DNA from: a virus | Strand: one strand, 5' to 3' | DNA: 64,000 nt | Virus record (IMG/VR): IMGVR_UViG_3300036770_000877 | Span: 1 to 64,000 of that record | Shown here: positions 1-8,604 of the stretch, piece by piece | How the letters are laid out: every line of letters begins with the position of its first letter | Position numbering within the stretch: the first letter of the stretch is position 1 | Notes under the pieces: model-generated | Told to the model about the DNA's origin: nothing | Seen by the model: only the letters and a program-made list of their open reading frames with translations | Databases searched by the model: none | Position numbers and translations under genes: made by a program

Positions 1-613
1 TTGAAGTCCAATGAGATGGGACAGTAATAGTTCCAGTAAACTTAACTATAAAATCCTCATACCTACCACACACTGGTGGCTGCATTGAATTTGAATTCCA
101 TACTCCACTACATATAACTGCGTCTGGAATTGCTACCCCTCCAAATCCCCTTGTGAGGTAGTAGACTGTATATTGTAATCCTGAGCTACCAGAATTTTGA
201 ACTGCTGATTGTGTTGTTTGAACATTTAGGTTGGCTATGTCCAGGTCATCTTGTGCATCATTTTTATCTTGCAATGCTGTTGCTACTATGGGTGTTTGAC
301 TATCTACTGCTGATTGTGCTGCATCCTTTTCTTGTAATGCTGTGGCTTCTGCTGTTACTGCTGCATCATATTGCATGTCTGCTGTATCTTTAGCCAGCTT
401 TGCAGCTACTGCAGCATCATACTTGCTCTCTGCAATATCAATTAATTCTTGAGTTTCTACCTTATCTGAAAGGTTATTTATCTTGGAATTTAGATCCGCA
501 ATTTCTTGCGCCGCTACAGAAATAGGGTCATCGGCACTGGCTTCTCCCATAAAAAGCCAGCCAAAAGCCAGAAAACACGCTAGTGTTATGCGGTATAGTC
601 TATTAATTTCCAA
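1..613 (-). CDS. Secreted coiled-coil + PA14-like domain protein (3' truncated by window edge; missing from ORF track)
   Basis: Manual translation is open from TTG613/ATT607 to the edge. It reads NRLYRITLACFLAFGWLFMGEASA|DD (signal peptide with AxA site), then an Ala/Gln/Asp coiled coil, then GLQYTVYY...YEDFIVKFTGTITVPSHW (PA14-type motif). Confidence 0.75.
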   Translation of the reverse strand, partial: MEINRLYRITLACFLAFGWLFMGEASADDPISVAAQEIADLNSKINNLSDKVETQELIDIAESKYDAAVAAKLAKDTADMQYDAAVTAEATALQEKDAAQSAVDSQTPIVATALQDKNDAQDDLDIANLNVQTTQSAVQNSGSSGLQYTVYYLTRGFGGVAIPDAVICSGVWNSNSMQPPVCGRYEDFIVKFTGTITVPSHWTS

Positions 614-620
614 TCTCCCA

Positions 621-648
621 TGTCAGAATGTCTGACAATTTAATTATA
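621..648 (-). promoter_or_regulatory. -10 promoter (TATAAT 648-643) with 7-bp inverted repeat TGTCAGA-ATG-TCTGACA at the predicted start site
   Basis: Motifs read directly in the intergenic gap between terminase and the PA14-like gene. Confidence 0.5.
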
Positions 649-662
649 CAGGAGAATGAATA

Positions 663-2456
663 CTAAATAACTTCCATATTCTCTAGAGCCTCAGCTAATT
701 CCTGCGGCATTCTTCTAGGTGGCCTAATTAAATTATCAATTCTATTTTTTTCTTCTTCAAGATAGTTGTCTCTTACTAATTCACCGTAAGTATGTATCTC
801 AACTTCCCTGTTTTTCTCCCGCTTTGAATGAACAATAGCATTATAAATTGATCCACAAACAGCATCCGCCAAGTCTTTGGATCCTTTTCTAGGGTGGTCA
901 ACCTTATCTCTCATAATACGAAGTTGTAGCAATTCATCAATAAGTAAGTCAATTCGTGGACCCTTAACTCTTTCTTCCGCCACTATCATCGCCATATCTT
1001 CATAGTGCTTCTTAGCAACAGATAGCAACTCTGTGTTCATTCCATATCCTCGCAACTGTTGCATCATGTCATGTGAGTTCCAACGGTCAAATGTGGTTAG
1101 CTTTATATTGAATCCACGTTGTCTTAAAGAAAGTATGTAGTCTTTAACATCAGTAAAGTCTACGCTTTTTGATGCAGTAGGTGTCCAAAATCTTACTGCA
1201 TCTACTACAACTACAGGTGCCGACTGAGCGTACTCATTTCCTACTTTCATGTTTACCCACTTCTCAACATGAGCCAAAGATACTGCACAATGGTCATGCT
1301 TTTGTGCAAGGTCTACGTGTATAAAATATTCCTTGTCATCTATTGGCTTAAACCATTCTGCAAACCTGCCAGATGAATCTACAGCTAGGTTGGGGTTATT
1401 AAATCCTGTTTCTATCTTTTCTCTAGACTTAAAGAAAGCGTCTACTGCATCTGGGGGCATGCAAGCATATCTAGATAAAGAGTCTTCTGGGCTCTTATAA
1501 AAGTCAATTTTAAAATCTTCTATGGTTCTTGTAGGGTTAATCTCCCATGTAGGTCTTTTCAATGCAAATACCTTGGGAACTTTATATGCAACTATGTGGT
1601 CTTCTTCCCACTGGATGCTAAACTTATTTCCTGGCTCTTCTTCTGGAAGGTCTGGGTTTAATATAAACTCATGTGTTTTTATTACCGTCTCTTTACTTGC
1701 GATAGACTCTTCATACTTCTGCTGAATAAAGTCATTCTTAAAACGGGGAAATGAGAGTAGGATTAGCTTACCAAAGTCTGGGAAACGTGATGTAAGAGAT
1801 GCACGGTACATATCATAGATAGACTGAGCAGTCTTAGCTTGATCGTGTCCCGTTGTATTTTCTAGGGCGAAGCCTGAAATCTCATCGAGAACAACTACAA
1901 TTACGTTATAACCTTCCCAGGCTTCTCTTTCTGAGTGGCCTGAGTGAACTGTAATACTCTTATCAAATTCAATAGATCCAGCTTTAGGATTATACTTACC
2001 AACAAACCATGGCGACTTTTCAATTCTTTGCTTAAATCCCTTAAAGAAAACGTTGTTAGCCTGCTGTGCGTTAATAGCAATATTAAGAATGTCTATAGCA
2101 TCTCCAGGTGGTTTTCCATAATATACCGCTGGATCCTTTAGACATAGGAGAAGATATGTAATATATGCTGCTGCAATTGTTGATGTATAGTCCTTACCAG
2201 AACCTTTACCTAATTGAAAGATAACTTCATTACAAGTTTGCTTCCATCTTTTTTCACCCTCTTCTTCACCCAACCACCTTATCAATGTATCTTTTTTATA
2301 CACCTGAGTCATTGCTTTGATCATGGTGTATTGATATGTAGATAGTGGTGGCAAACCAAGATAGTTTGTAGATGTAACAAACTCTTCAATAGTTACTGGC
2401 TGTTCTTCAAACTCATCGCCGTCTAGTACATCTAAAAAATCTTTAAAGTCAGCCAT
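663..2456 (-). CDS. Terminase large subunit
   Basis: Walker A GKGSGKD, Walker B VVVLDE, RNase-H-like nuclease motifs HVDLAQKHD and DHPRKGSKDLADA. Confidence 0.93.
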   Translation of the reverse strand: MADFKDFLDVLDGDEFEEQPVTIEEFVTSTNYLGLPPLSTYQYTMIKAMTQVYKKDTLIRWLGEEEGEKRWKQTCNEVIFQLGKGSGKDYTSTIAAAYITYLLLCLKDPAVYYGKPPGDAIDILNIAINAQQANNVFFKGFKQRIEKSPWFVGKYNPKAGSIEFDKSITVHSGHSEREAWEGYNVIVVVLDEISGFALENTTGHDQAKTAQSIYDMYRASLTSRFPDFGKLILLSFPRFKNDFIQQKYEESIASKETVIKTHEFILNPDLPEEEPGNKFSIQWEEDHIVAYKVPKVFALKRPTWEINPTRTIEDFKIDFYKSPEDSLSRYACMPPDAVDAFFKSREKIETGFNNPNLAVDSSGRFAEWFKPIDDKEYFIHVDLAQKHDHCAVSLAHVEKWVNMKVGNEYAQSAPVVVVDAVRFWTPTASKSVDFTDVKDYILSLRQRGFNIKLTTFDRWNSHDMMQQLRGYGMNTELLSVAKKHYEDMAMIVAEERVKGPRIDLLIDELLQLRIMRDKVDHPRKGSKDLADAVCGSIYNAIVHSKREKNREVEIHTYGELVRDNYLEEEKNRIDNLIRPPRRMPQELAEALENMEVI

Positions 2457-2976
2457 TGTTTACTTGAACAACCTCGACTGGCTCTACTACGCCAGATATG
2501 CGAGAAAGTCTTTGCTTAACTTCTCTCTGACACTTGTCACACTTAGATGTAACATCACGAAGAATTCCCATTAAAACTTCTTGCTTTTCTTCTGCTTCAG
2601 CAATTCTAGAGCCCATTTCTGTATTGTCAAGGAGTCCTGCCTTCTGCAGCATCTCCATCTGCTTACCTTGTATTTCAGCTACAAGCTTGATGGCTCCTAC
2701 TTTGGTCCTATAGTCTGCGGCTAAATCTGCTTGCTCTACTGTCTCCCACGCTTTATTTATAAGCATGCTGTAATGTTGATCTGATGCAGTTAATGCTTCT
2801 CTTGCACGTTCCTGAATAGTCTTATCATTTTGTGCGTAAGACTTCCACTCTTCTAAAGTTCTTACAACATCAGCTCTCTTTAGTTCGAGCTCTTTAGCTA
2901 TCTGGGCTGGGTTATAACCCTTTAAGCTCATCTCTACAACCTTGTTCATCTGGTCAAAAGGTTTTTCTAGTTCCAT
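2449..2976 (-). CDS. HTH + helical protein, candidate terminase small subunit
   Basis: N-terminal HTH (GYNPAQIAKELELKRADV), helical body, CxxC; overlaps the terminase large start. Confidence 0.5.
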   Translation of the reverse strand: MELEKPFDQMNKVVEMSLKGYNPAQIAKELELKRADVVRTLEEWKSYAQNDKTIQERAREALTASDQHYSMLINKAWETVEQADLAADYRTKVGAIKLVAEIQGKQMEMLQKAGLLDNTEMGSRIAEAEEKQEVLMGILRDVTSKCDKCQREVKQRLSRISGVVEPVEVVQVNNG

Positions 2977-3161
2977 TATTTACTCCCGTGATCTGTCTTA
3001 TAAAATCCAGAACCTTTAAATTGAATTCCAGGAACTCCATATACTCTTTTCATAGTGTCGCCACATTGCTCACACTCTACTGGTGTTTCTGGATCTTTAA
3101 ATCCACGAACAACATCTTTTATATTTTTGCAAGTTTGGCAAATATATTCATATGTTGGCAT
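2976..3161 (-). CDS. FmdB-family zinc-ribbon protein
   Basis: MPTYEYICxxC...CxxCG...RVYG...FKGSGFYKTD signature. Confidence 0.88.
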   Translation of the reverse strand: MPTYEYICQTCKNIKDVVRGFKDPETPVECEQCGDTMKRVYGVPGIQFKGSGFYKTDHGSK

Positions 3162-3412
3162 TAATCTGGCCTCACATCCCAGTTTTCATAATGTTCTTTC
3201 CAGGTATCTGTTTCATAAAAGTCCATCTGACTTGAAATAAAATCATCACCCTCTGGCAATCTTTTCTGAGTACGAGTACCCTGAATACCATACCACCTAA
3301 CAAGCTTTTCTCCGCAGGTGTCGCAGTTGTATCCTGGATCTTCTTCCTTTATACTTCTAAAATGAGTATATTGCACTTTACATTTCTTACACTCATATTG
3401 ATAAGATGGCAT
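3161..3412 (-). CDS. Second FmdB-like zinc-ribbon protein
   Basis: MPSYQYECKKC...CDTCG.KLVRWYG; divergent C-terminus. Confidence 0.75.
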   Translation of the reverse strand: MPSYQYECKKCKVQYTHFRSIKEEDPGYNCDTCGEKLVRWYGIQGTRTQKRLPEGDDFISSQMDFYETDTWKEHYENWDVRPD

Positions 3413-3947
3413 TATAACTCCTCATAACAGAAAAAATTTCTTTTTCTAAATCCTGTATGCTAGACTCATTAGATATCACTCTATCAAATTTGTACTCGTC
3501 CATTGCAGATTCAGATGCATGGGCATTAATAGGCTTATTATCATTTCTATTAATTCTCCAAACTTCCCCGCCATTTGCCTTAATAAAGTTAGCTTCATTT
3601 GGAAATCTTACATCTGTAATAACAAAATTCTTATATATCTCTTCTTCTTTAATTTGCTTGAATACTTGCTTTACCCAGAAGTCTTCTCCAAACATTTCTC
3701 TTCCAACTTCTGTGCCAAATACCTGAAGAAGTCTACGAACCTCTGTATTGGCTTTTGTTGGCTCCCAGCCAATCTCTCTTACGCTTCCAGAAATTCTTTG
3801 ACCATTACTAAGGATAGGGTCAAGTTTAATTATTGCTTTCCTAATATTATCTGCAAACGCAAGTCTCTTAAACCCATAATTCATTATTAATATTTCTGCA
3901 ATTGTATCTTTACCCGAACGGGCATAGCCACTAAGTCCAATAATCAT
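3393..3947 (-). CDS. Deoxynucleoside monophosphate kinase
   Basis: GLSGYARSGKDT P-loop, AFADNIR, RRLLQVFGTEVGR, ITDVRFPNEA, HASE. Confidence 0.92.
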   Translation of the reverse strand: MIIGLSGYARSGKDTIAEILIMNYGFKRLAFADNIRKAIIKLDPILSNGQRISGSVREIGWEPTKANTEVRRLLQVFGTEVGREMFGEDFWVKQVFKQIKEEEIYKNFVITDVRFPNEANFIKANGGEVWRINRNDNKPINAHASESAMDEYKFDRVISNESSIQDLEKEIFSVMRSYNAILSI

Positions 3948-4762
3948 TTCTTATCCTTTACCAATGTCAGGTGAACACTAGTCCACTTATATGTTCCATT
4001 ATCTAATTTAATATGTGGATGAGCAACCTTCTGATATTCTCTATCATGGATTGATCTTTCAAAGTCTATGAACTCCGTATCATCTATATCTTCGTCCAGA
4101 TAATCTACACAAGTCCATTCTATACCATCAAGCCACACTTTGTCTAGTCGATTTTTATCAAATAGCTGGACATTTGCAAACCCGTCGCCTTCTCCAGATA
4201 TCTTATATTCTGTAGAAATTGCTGCTACCCCTCCTGGCTTTAACACACGATAGGCTTCCTCGATTGCCTTTCTGATAGCTTTCTCATCGCCAAAATGCTC
4301 TAAGGAACTGCAACTAAATACTGCATCAAAAGAGTTGTCTTCATAGGGAAGGTCTGTTCCATCAACATGTTGCCATACCACACGCTTATGATTGTAGTTA
4401 TTGCTCATGTAAGGCCTAGCATCTACTAATAATTCTTTCTCGTACCAGTGTTGCCAAGATCCACCGTCAAGGTAGATGTCGGTTGCAAATACACGCTTTG
4501 CCACATTAGAAAGCATAGATATTGTTTCTTCTTTAGCAACACCAATGCCCAAAATTTCTGCATCTGGGTTAGACGTAATGCCCATCTTTTCAAATGAGAC
4601 CATAGCCATAGCTATCTCCCAAGTCTTTCTATTCTTGAGCTCGACTCCATCCATGGCTTGCGGGAACTGCTTTGTTCCTAAATAATTATACTTCTCACAC
4701 ACAGACTTAAAGAACGGATCATCAAAGTCTTTTATATTAGCAACCTTGCTAAGCTTTATCAT
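3944..4762 (-). CDS. Class I SAM-dependent methyltransferase (Methyltransf_11-like)
   Basis: ILGIGVAKE (degenerate motif I), DGTDLPYEDNSFDAVFSCSSLEHF, AYRVLKPGG. Confidence 0.88.
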   Translation of the reverse strand: MIKLSKVANIKDFDDPFFKSVCEKYNYLGTKQFPQAMDGVELKNRKTWEIAMAMVSFEKMGITSNPDAEILGIGVAKEETISMLSNVAKRVFATDIYLDGGSWQHWYEKELLVDARPYMSNNYNHKRVVWQHVDGTDLPYEDNSFDAVFSCSSLEHFGDEKAIRKAIEEAYRVLKPGGVAAISTEYKISGEGDGFANVQLFDKNRLDKVWLDGIEWTCVDYLDEDIDDTEFIDFERSIHDREYQKVAHPHIKLDNGTYKWTSVHLTLVKDKK

Positions 4763-4914
4763 AGTTTCCTCTGGTTTTTAATAAGGCCATACTTTTCAAG
4801 GTATCTCTGGATTGTCATATGGCTACATCCAGCCTCTTTAGCAATTTCAATAATGGTTTTTCTTTGGACTACATATCTTCTATATAGCCAATCTTTAGAT
4901 TCGTATAGTTTCAT
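4759..4914 (-). CDS. Small HTH DNA-binding protein (51 aa; below ORF-track cutoff)
   Basis: Manual translation MKLYESKDWLYRRYVVQRKTIIEIAKEAGCSHMTIQRYLEKYGLIKNQRKL; ATGA overlaps at both ends. Confidence 0.82.
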   Translation of the reverse strand: MKLYESKDWLYRRYVVQRKTIIEIAKEAGCSHMTIQRYLEKYGLIKNQRKL

Positions 4915-5477
4915 CGTGATGTTAGGTTATTGTAGGCATAGTAGGCGATACCAATTGCATCCCCCACATCATTATCTTCTAGATGAATGTTAAACTTATC
5001 ATTCACAAAGTCTAATGTCCTCTGTTTCCTAGTCTCCCTTATTTTATTTGAATACCAAGTATCTGACTTACCTGGAAATTCTAGTCTAAGCTTAGCTTTA
5101 TCTTCTTTCTTAAATGTTTTATTACCAATATAGTTTTGCCATGTAGTAGGTATTACGGTCACCACCTTAGTCCCGTCGTTCATAAGCTGGCTAATAATTG
5201 ATCCATAAACATAAGACAATTTAATTACAACATCTGGTGACTGCACAAATACAGCTCCTTCAATTGCAATATAGTCTGACCTTAAATGCTTCTTCATAGC
5301 CATTACCTTTTTACGGGCATCATAAATTTTTTCATAAATATCATTACCACGAATGTCTATCTTTCCATGCATAGCAAGCTTTCCATCATCAATGATAGCA
5401 AATGCTACAGAGTTTGTAGAAGCATCTATACCAATTACCCTGTGTGCTTTAGGCTTGATTAGATCCGCTAATCCCAT
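4911..5477 (-). CDS. ruvC: RuvC-like Holliday junction resolvase
   Basis: VIGIDASTNSVAFA, IAIEG, DVGDAIGIA acidic catalytic motifs. Confidence 0.88.
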   Translation of the reverse strand: MGLADLIKPKAHRVIGIDASTNSVAFAIIDDGKLAMHGKIDIRGNDIYEKIYDARKKVMAMKKHLRSDYIAIEGAVFVQSPDVVIKLSYVYGSIISQLMNDGTKVVTVIPTTWQNYIGNKTFKKEDKAKLRLEFPGKSDTWYSNKIRETRKQRTLDFVNDKFNIHLEDNDVGDAIGIAYYAYNNLTSR

Positions 5478-5763
5478 TTAACATCTCCAGCAACTCTTTA
5501 CGCTGCTTATCCTCATCATTCTTATCGCATGTAACACATACGGTCCCATAGTTATATCTACTTAGCTTAGTCTTGCATATAGCACAATGTCTAACTGATC
5601 CAAGCTTGATGGCTCTTCTCTCGTAGTACCGCTCCATTGTTCTTTTGTTTGTCGCAAGCCTGCAACATTCATCTGAGCAATACTTTTGATTATGTGTAGC
5701 CTTTACAAACTCCTGATTACACTCATCGTAGGCACATATTAAAGTTTCAGGACTGGTATTAAT
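5449..5763 (-). CDS. Double zinc-finger protein (true start uncertain, upstream of ORF-track ATG 5637)
   Basis: Frame is open 42 codons upstream of ATG5637 and encodes CAYDEC...THNQKYCSDECCR; a second Cys set CAIC...CVTC lies downstream. Confidence 0.65.
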   Translation of the reverse strand: MNTSPETLICAYDECNQEFVKATHNQKYCSDECCRLATNKRTMERYYERRAIKLGSVRHCAICKTKLSRYNYGTVCVTCDKNDEDKQRKELLEMLNGISGSNQA

Positions 5764-6506
5764 TTTTCAGTATCCTCCATATCAAAACATGTATTTTTGA
5801 CTGGGCAATCCTGACAGATCTTATTATTCTTTCTAAATGGCCTAGCTGGTAGATCTCTATCCTCCCAAGCCTTGCGTGTCTCACGCATCCAGTCATAACA
5901 CATATCAAGAAATTCTCTATTTGCAGCATTCATCTTTACTGGAATAACTAGCATCTGCTGGTTATCCTTGTTCTCATAGAGCAAGAATCCCTCTTCAGCC
6001 CCTCGCACATCCATGTAAATTAGGATCTGAAGTCTATGGTTATCTGAAGGCTTCATTGAGTTCTGTCTAAATAAGAATGCGTTGTCGCTGGTAGTCTTAA
6101 TTTCTCCAACTACTTCCTGACCTTCCCAATCTAGAATTACGTCAGCAAATCCCTTGATCGGTGGATCTTCTTTAACAATCTCTTGCTCAATAAACTTGAC
6201 TGTTCCTGTAGACTTAAATATCTCCTGAATTCTTTCATGTGCTGCAGTTCCGTTAGACATGTTAGCAATTGCTATAGCATCAAATGAATTAATAAACTCA
6301 GTTCCATCAAATGCAATGTACCAGTATCTTGCACAGTTTCCGTGCCCATATCCAATAGTAGAAGGAGAAAACGTAGTCTTCTTCATGAATTTTGGATTAT
6401 TGCTGCTACCAATATACCCATCTGTTAACATTTTTGCTAACTTCTCTGGGTCAAAATTTCCTGTGTTCTTCTTAAACTTTAAATTACTTACTAAATCTCT
6501 AGCCAT
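5739..6506 (-). CDS. Cas4-like PD-(D/E)xK exonuclease (solo)
   Basis: SPSTIGYGHGNCAR, GTAAHERIQ, GFADVIL...EIKT, QILIY, C-terminal CQDCPVKNTC (4-Cys Fe-S pattern). Confidence 0.88.
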   Translation of the reverse strand: MARDLVSNLKFKKNTGNFDPEKLAKMLTDGYIGSSNNPKFMKKTTFSPSTIGYGHGNCARYWYIAFDGTEFINSFDAIAIANMSNGTAAHERIQEIFKSTGTVKFIEQEIVKEDPPIKGFADVILDWEGQEVVGEIKTTSDNAFLFRQNSMKPSDNHRLQILIYMDVRGAEEGFLLYENKDNQQMLVIPVKMNAANREFLDMCYDWMRETRKAWEDRDLPARPFRKNNKICQDCPVKNTCFDMEDTEKLIPVLKL

Positions 6507-6820
6507 TATTTAACACCATATTTAAGAGCGGCTACAAGCTTGTCGATAGAATCGGCAACCGTGTAATACACGTTCTTCTTTTTGCTGGCGACTTCTCCTT
6601 TTTCCATAGTTGTATAATATCTAGCCAATATAGAAAGCTTGGCTGATATTGCCTGCAACTTAATTATTAGCACCGATGCCGCTGCTGGCGGAATATCTGG
6701 TTTTGTTACTACCTTAATTATAGCATCTAAAGCAGCGTCTAGTTCTGGGTCCTTCATAAACTCTTTTAGATCATTAAACTCAGTTACTTCGCTAATCTTT
6801 TCTAGTATGTTCTCGCTCAT
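6506..6820 (-). CDS. Hypothetical helical protein
   Basis: ORF track; start moved to ATG6820 (ATGA overlap with upstream small gene). Confidence 0.7.
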   Translation of the reverse strand: MSENILEKISEVTEFNDLKEFMKDPELDAALDAIIKVVTKPDIPPAAASVLIIKLQAISAKLSILARYYTTMEKGEVASKKKNVYYTVADSIDKLVAALKYGVK

Positions 6821-6975
6821 GCAAACATCCTCTGCACAATAGCGTATCCTATCCAAAGACCTACAATACCCATTAGACCAGCAAATACTGGTGGTGCTGG
6901 GATAGGAAGTTTGAATATACTAAACACTCCTCCAACTACGATACCCGTTACGGTTGTTAAGATTAATTCTCTCAT
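6817..6975 (-). CDS. XapX/DUF1427-like small membrane protein (52 aa; missing from track)
   Basis: Manual translation MRELILTTVTGIVVGGVFSIFKLPIPAPPVFAGLMGIVGLWIGYAIVQRMFA; two TM helices linked by LPIPAPP; ATGA overlaps at both ends. Confidence 0.8.
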   Translation of the reverse strand: MRELILTTVTGIVVGGVFSIFKLPIPAPPVFAGLMGIVGLWIGYAIVQRMFA

Positions 6976-7277
6976 TTGTGATTGTCCTCCCAATATGTTA
7001 TGAGTTCTTCAAGCATGGCCCACTCTACTATTCCTAGCCTAACCTTAGAATCTTCTCCAATAATAATCTTTAGGCATGGGTGCATGTTTCTATTTACTGC
7101 AAATGTATCTGTGCATATCTTTGCCCAGATATCTTTATTTAATGTGAAAGAAGATTTAGCTTCTTTATAATCTACTACAAATGAGTACCACTTGGCATCG
7201 CCTTTCTGGTACTTTCCCCGCCCAGAATTTTTCTGTGCTTTTGCCCCATCTCTTTTTATCTCTCCACGCTCAGACAT
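6972..7277 (-). CDS. Hjc-like PD-(D/E)xK resolvase/endonuclease
   Basis: MSERGE...NSGRG..KGDA...VVDYKE; start at ATG7277 (TAATG overlap). Confidence 0.7.
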   Translation of the reverse strand: MSERGEIKRDGAKAQKNSGRGKYQKGDAKWYSFVVDYKEAKSSFTLNKDIWAKICTDTFAVNRNMHPCLKIIIGEDSKVRLGIVEWAMLEELITYWEDNHK

Positions 7278-7462
7278 TACATCCTCGCTTTCGAAGTATG
7301 ATCTTGAGAACACTTCCATTCTAGCTCGCCAGTTCTTTCATCCCAAAAAGCTTTTTTGACAACCTCGTCACAATCATTACAACTAAAAGACCCATCTACG
7401 GAAACTTTATATGCTGCTCCAGATGGATTCTTTTTTAGCATAAAGTCCTCAAGCCTTGGCAT
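7277..7462 (-). CDS. Small zinc-ribbon protein
   Basis: CNDC...WKCSQDH. Confidence 0.65.
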   Translation of the reverse strand: MPRLEDFMLKKNPSGAAYKVSVDGSFSCNDCDEVVKKAFWDERTGELEWKCSQDHTSKARM

Positions 7463-8450
7463 ATATCTCAGCCTTTAACTTATCAACTACATCTGGGTTA
7501 TCTCTAAGGTATTGTACTGCCTTAGCACGACCCTGGAATCGCTCTTCGTTGACTGTATACCATGCTCCGCCCTTTTCAATGATGCCGAATTGTTCTGCAA
7601 CATCAAGGACCTCGCCAACCTGATCTACTCCTAAATTCTCGCCCTGAAAGTAGAAGTCATATTGTCCCGAAAGATTAGGGGGGCCGAGTTTGTTGTAATC
7701 AATAATCCAGTTAACTGGTCTTCCGACTCTTTGCTCGATAATCTTGTCGCCAACTTTAATACCAGCTTTAATAGCATTTGCTTCAGCTTCAGACGACCAG
7801 AGCTTAATGACAGTGGAAGAGAAGAACTTGACAGCCATTCCGCCTGTGGGGATGTGCGAAGCATGCATAGATCCAAACTGATTTCGTTGTTGTGAGATGA
7901 GAACAAGTAATGTGTTCTTGTTTGCGTAGTTGAGCATTTTGACTGCATGTGTCATATCCTTTGCTTCTGCACCAATCTGTTTGGTGTCTTCTAATTTCTT
8001 TAGCTCAGTGCTATCTTTTTCAAAGTAAATTGCTGGAAGCAACGCAGAGATAGAATCAACAACAATGATGTCTACTCCTGCTTCCATAAGTTGTGTAGCA
8101 ACATCAACCATGTCGTTGATAGTTTTTGCTGGAGAGTATATTAAGTCGTTTGAATTAACTCCAAGTTTTTCTGCCCAATCAGTTGAGTAAGAAGCCTCTG
8201 CATCAATCCAAGCACAAGTCTTTCCTTCTTTCTGTGCTTCTGCAATCATCTGTAGACAAAACGATGACTTACCTGCTGACTTATTTCCCCAAACTAATAT
8301 CTGTCGTCCGTGACCCAGGCCGCCCTTGAGTGCCATGTTTAGACCGATGCTTGGTGTTTTTTGTTTTGGTGTTTCCACCTCTAGTGCCGTCTGAACTCTT
8401 TGTCTTGTTTTTGGGTCCAGCTTTGACATTATTTCTGTAACTACGCTCAT
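7449..8450 (-). CDS. recA: RecA-family recombinase
   Basis: Walker A GNKSAGKS, WIDAE, IIVVDSISAL, TGGMAVKF, IEKGGAWY...FQGR. Confidence 0.95.
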   Translation of the reverse strand: MSVVTEIMSKLDPKTRQRVQTALEVETPKQKTPSIGLNMALKGGLGHGRQILVWGNKSAGKSSFCLQMIAEAQKEGKTCAWIDAEASYSTDWAEKLGVNSNDLIYSPAKTINDMVDVATQLMEAGVDIIVVDSISALLPAIYFEKDSTELKKLEDTKQIGAEAKDMTHAVKMLNYANKNTLLVLISQQRNQFGSMHASHIPTGGMAVKFFSSTVIKLWSSEAEANAIKAGIKVGDKIIEQRVGRPVNWIIDYNKLGPPNLSGQYDFYFQGENLGVDQVGEVLDVAEQFGIIEKGGAWYTVNEERFQGRAKAVQYLRDNPDVVDKLKAEIYAKA

Positions 8451-8604
8451 AAAAACTCTCTTCTAATTGTGAGGCAAATGCCTTCATGTCCTTGCTACGC
8501 ATTGTTGCAAGTTTTCTAATGATATTAAGTATGTCCTCTTCTTGTCCAGATTTTAGGACAAGGATCACTTCGTTATTGGTTCCGAATAAGAAGTAACCAT
8601 TCAT
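8281..8604 (-). CDS. Hypothetical protein, probably leaderless, 3' end overlapping recA by 170 nt
   Basis: Fills the mazG-recA gap; TGA-TATAAT lies 8 nt upstream of the ATG. Confidence 0.6.
   Translation of the reverse strand: MNGYFLFGTNNEVILVLKSGQEEDILNIIRKLATMRSKDMKAFASQLEESFYERSYRNNVKAGPKNKTKSSDGTRGGNTKTKNTKHRSKHGTQGRPGSRTTDISLGK

Noticed and set aside
5739-6506. CRISPR-Cas system suggested by the Cas4-like gene
   Set aside because: No repeat-spacer array, cas1 or cas2 seen; solo Cas4-like nucleases are common in phage recombination modules
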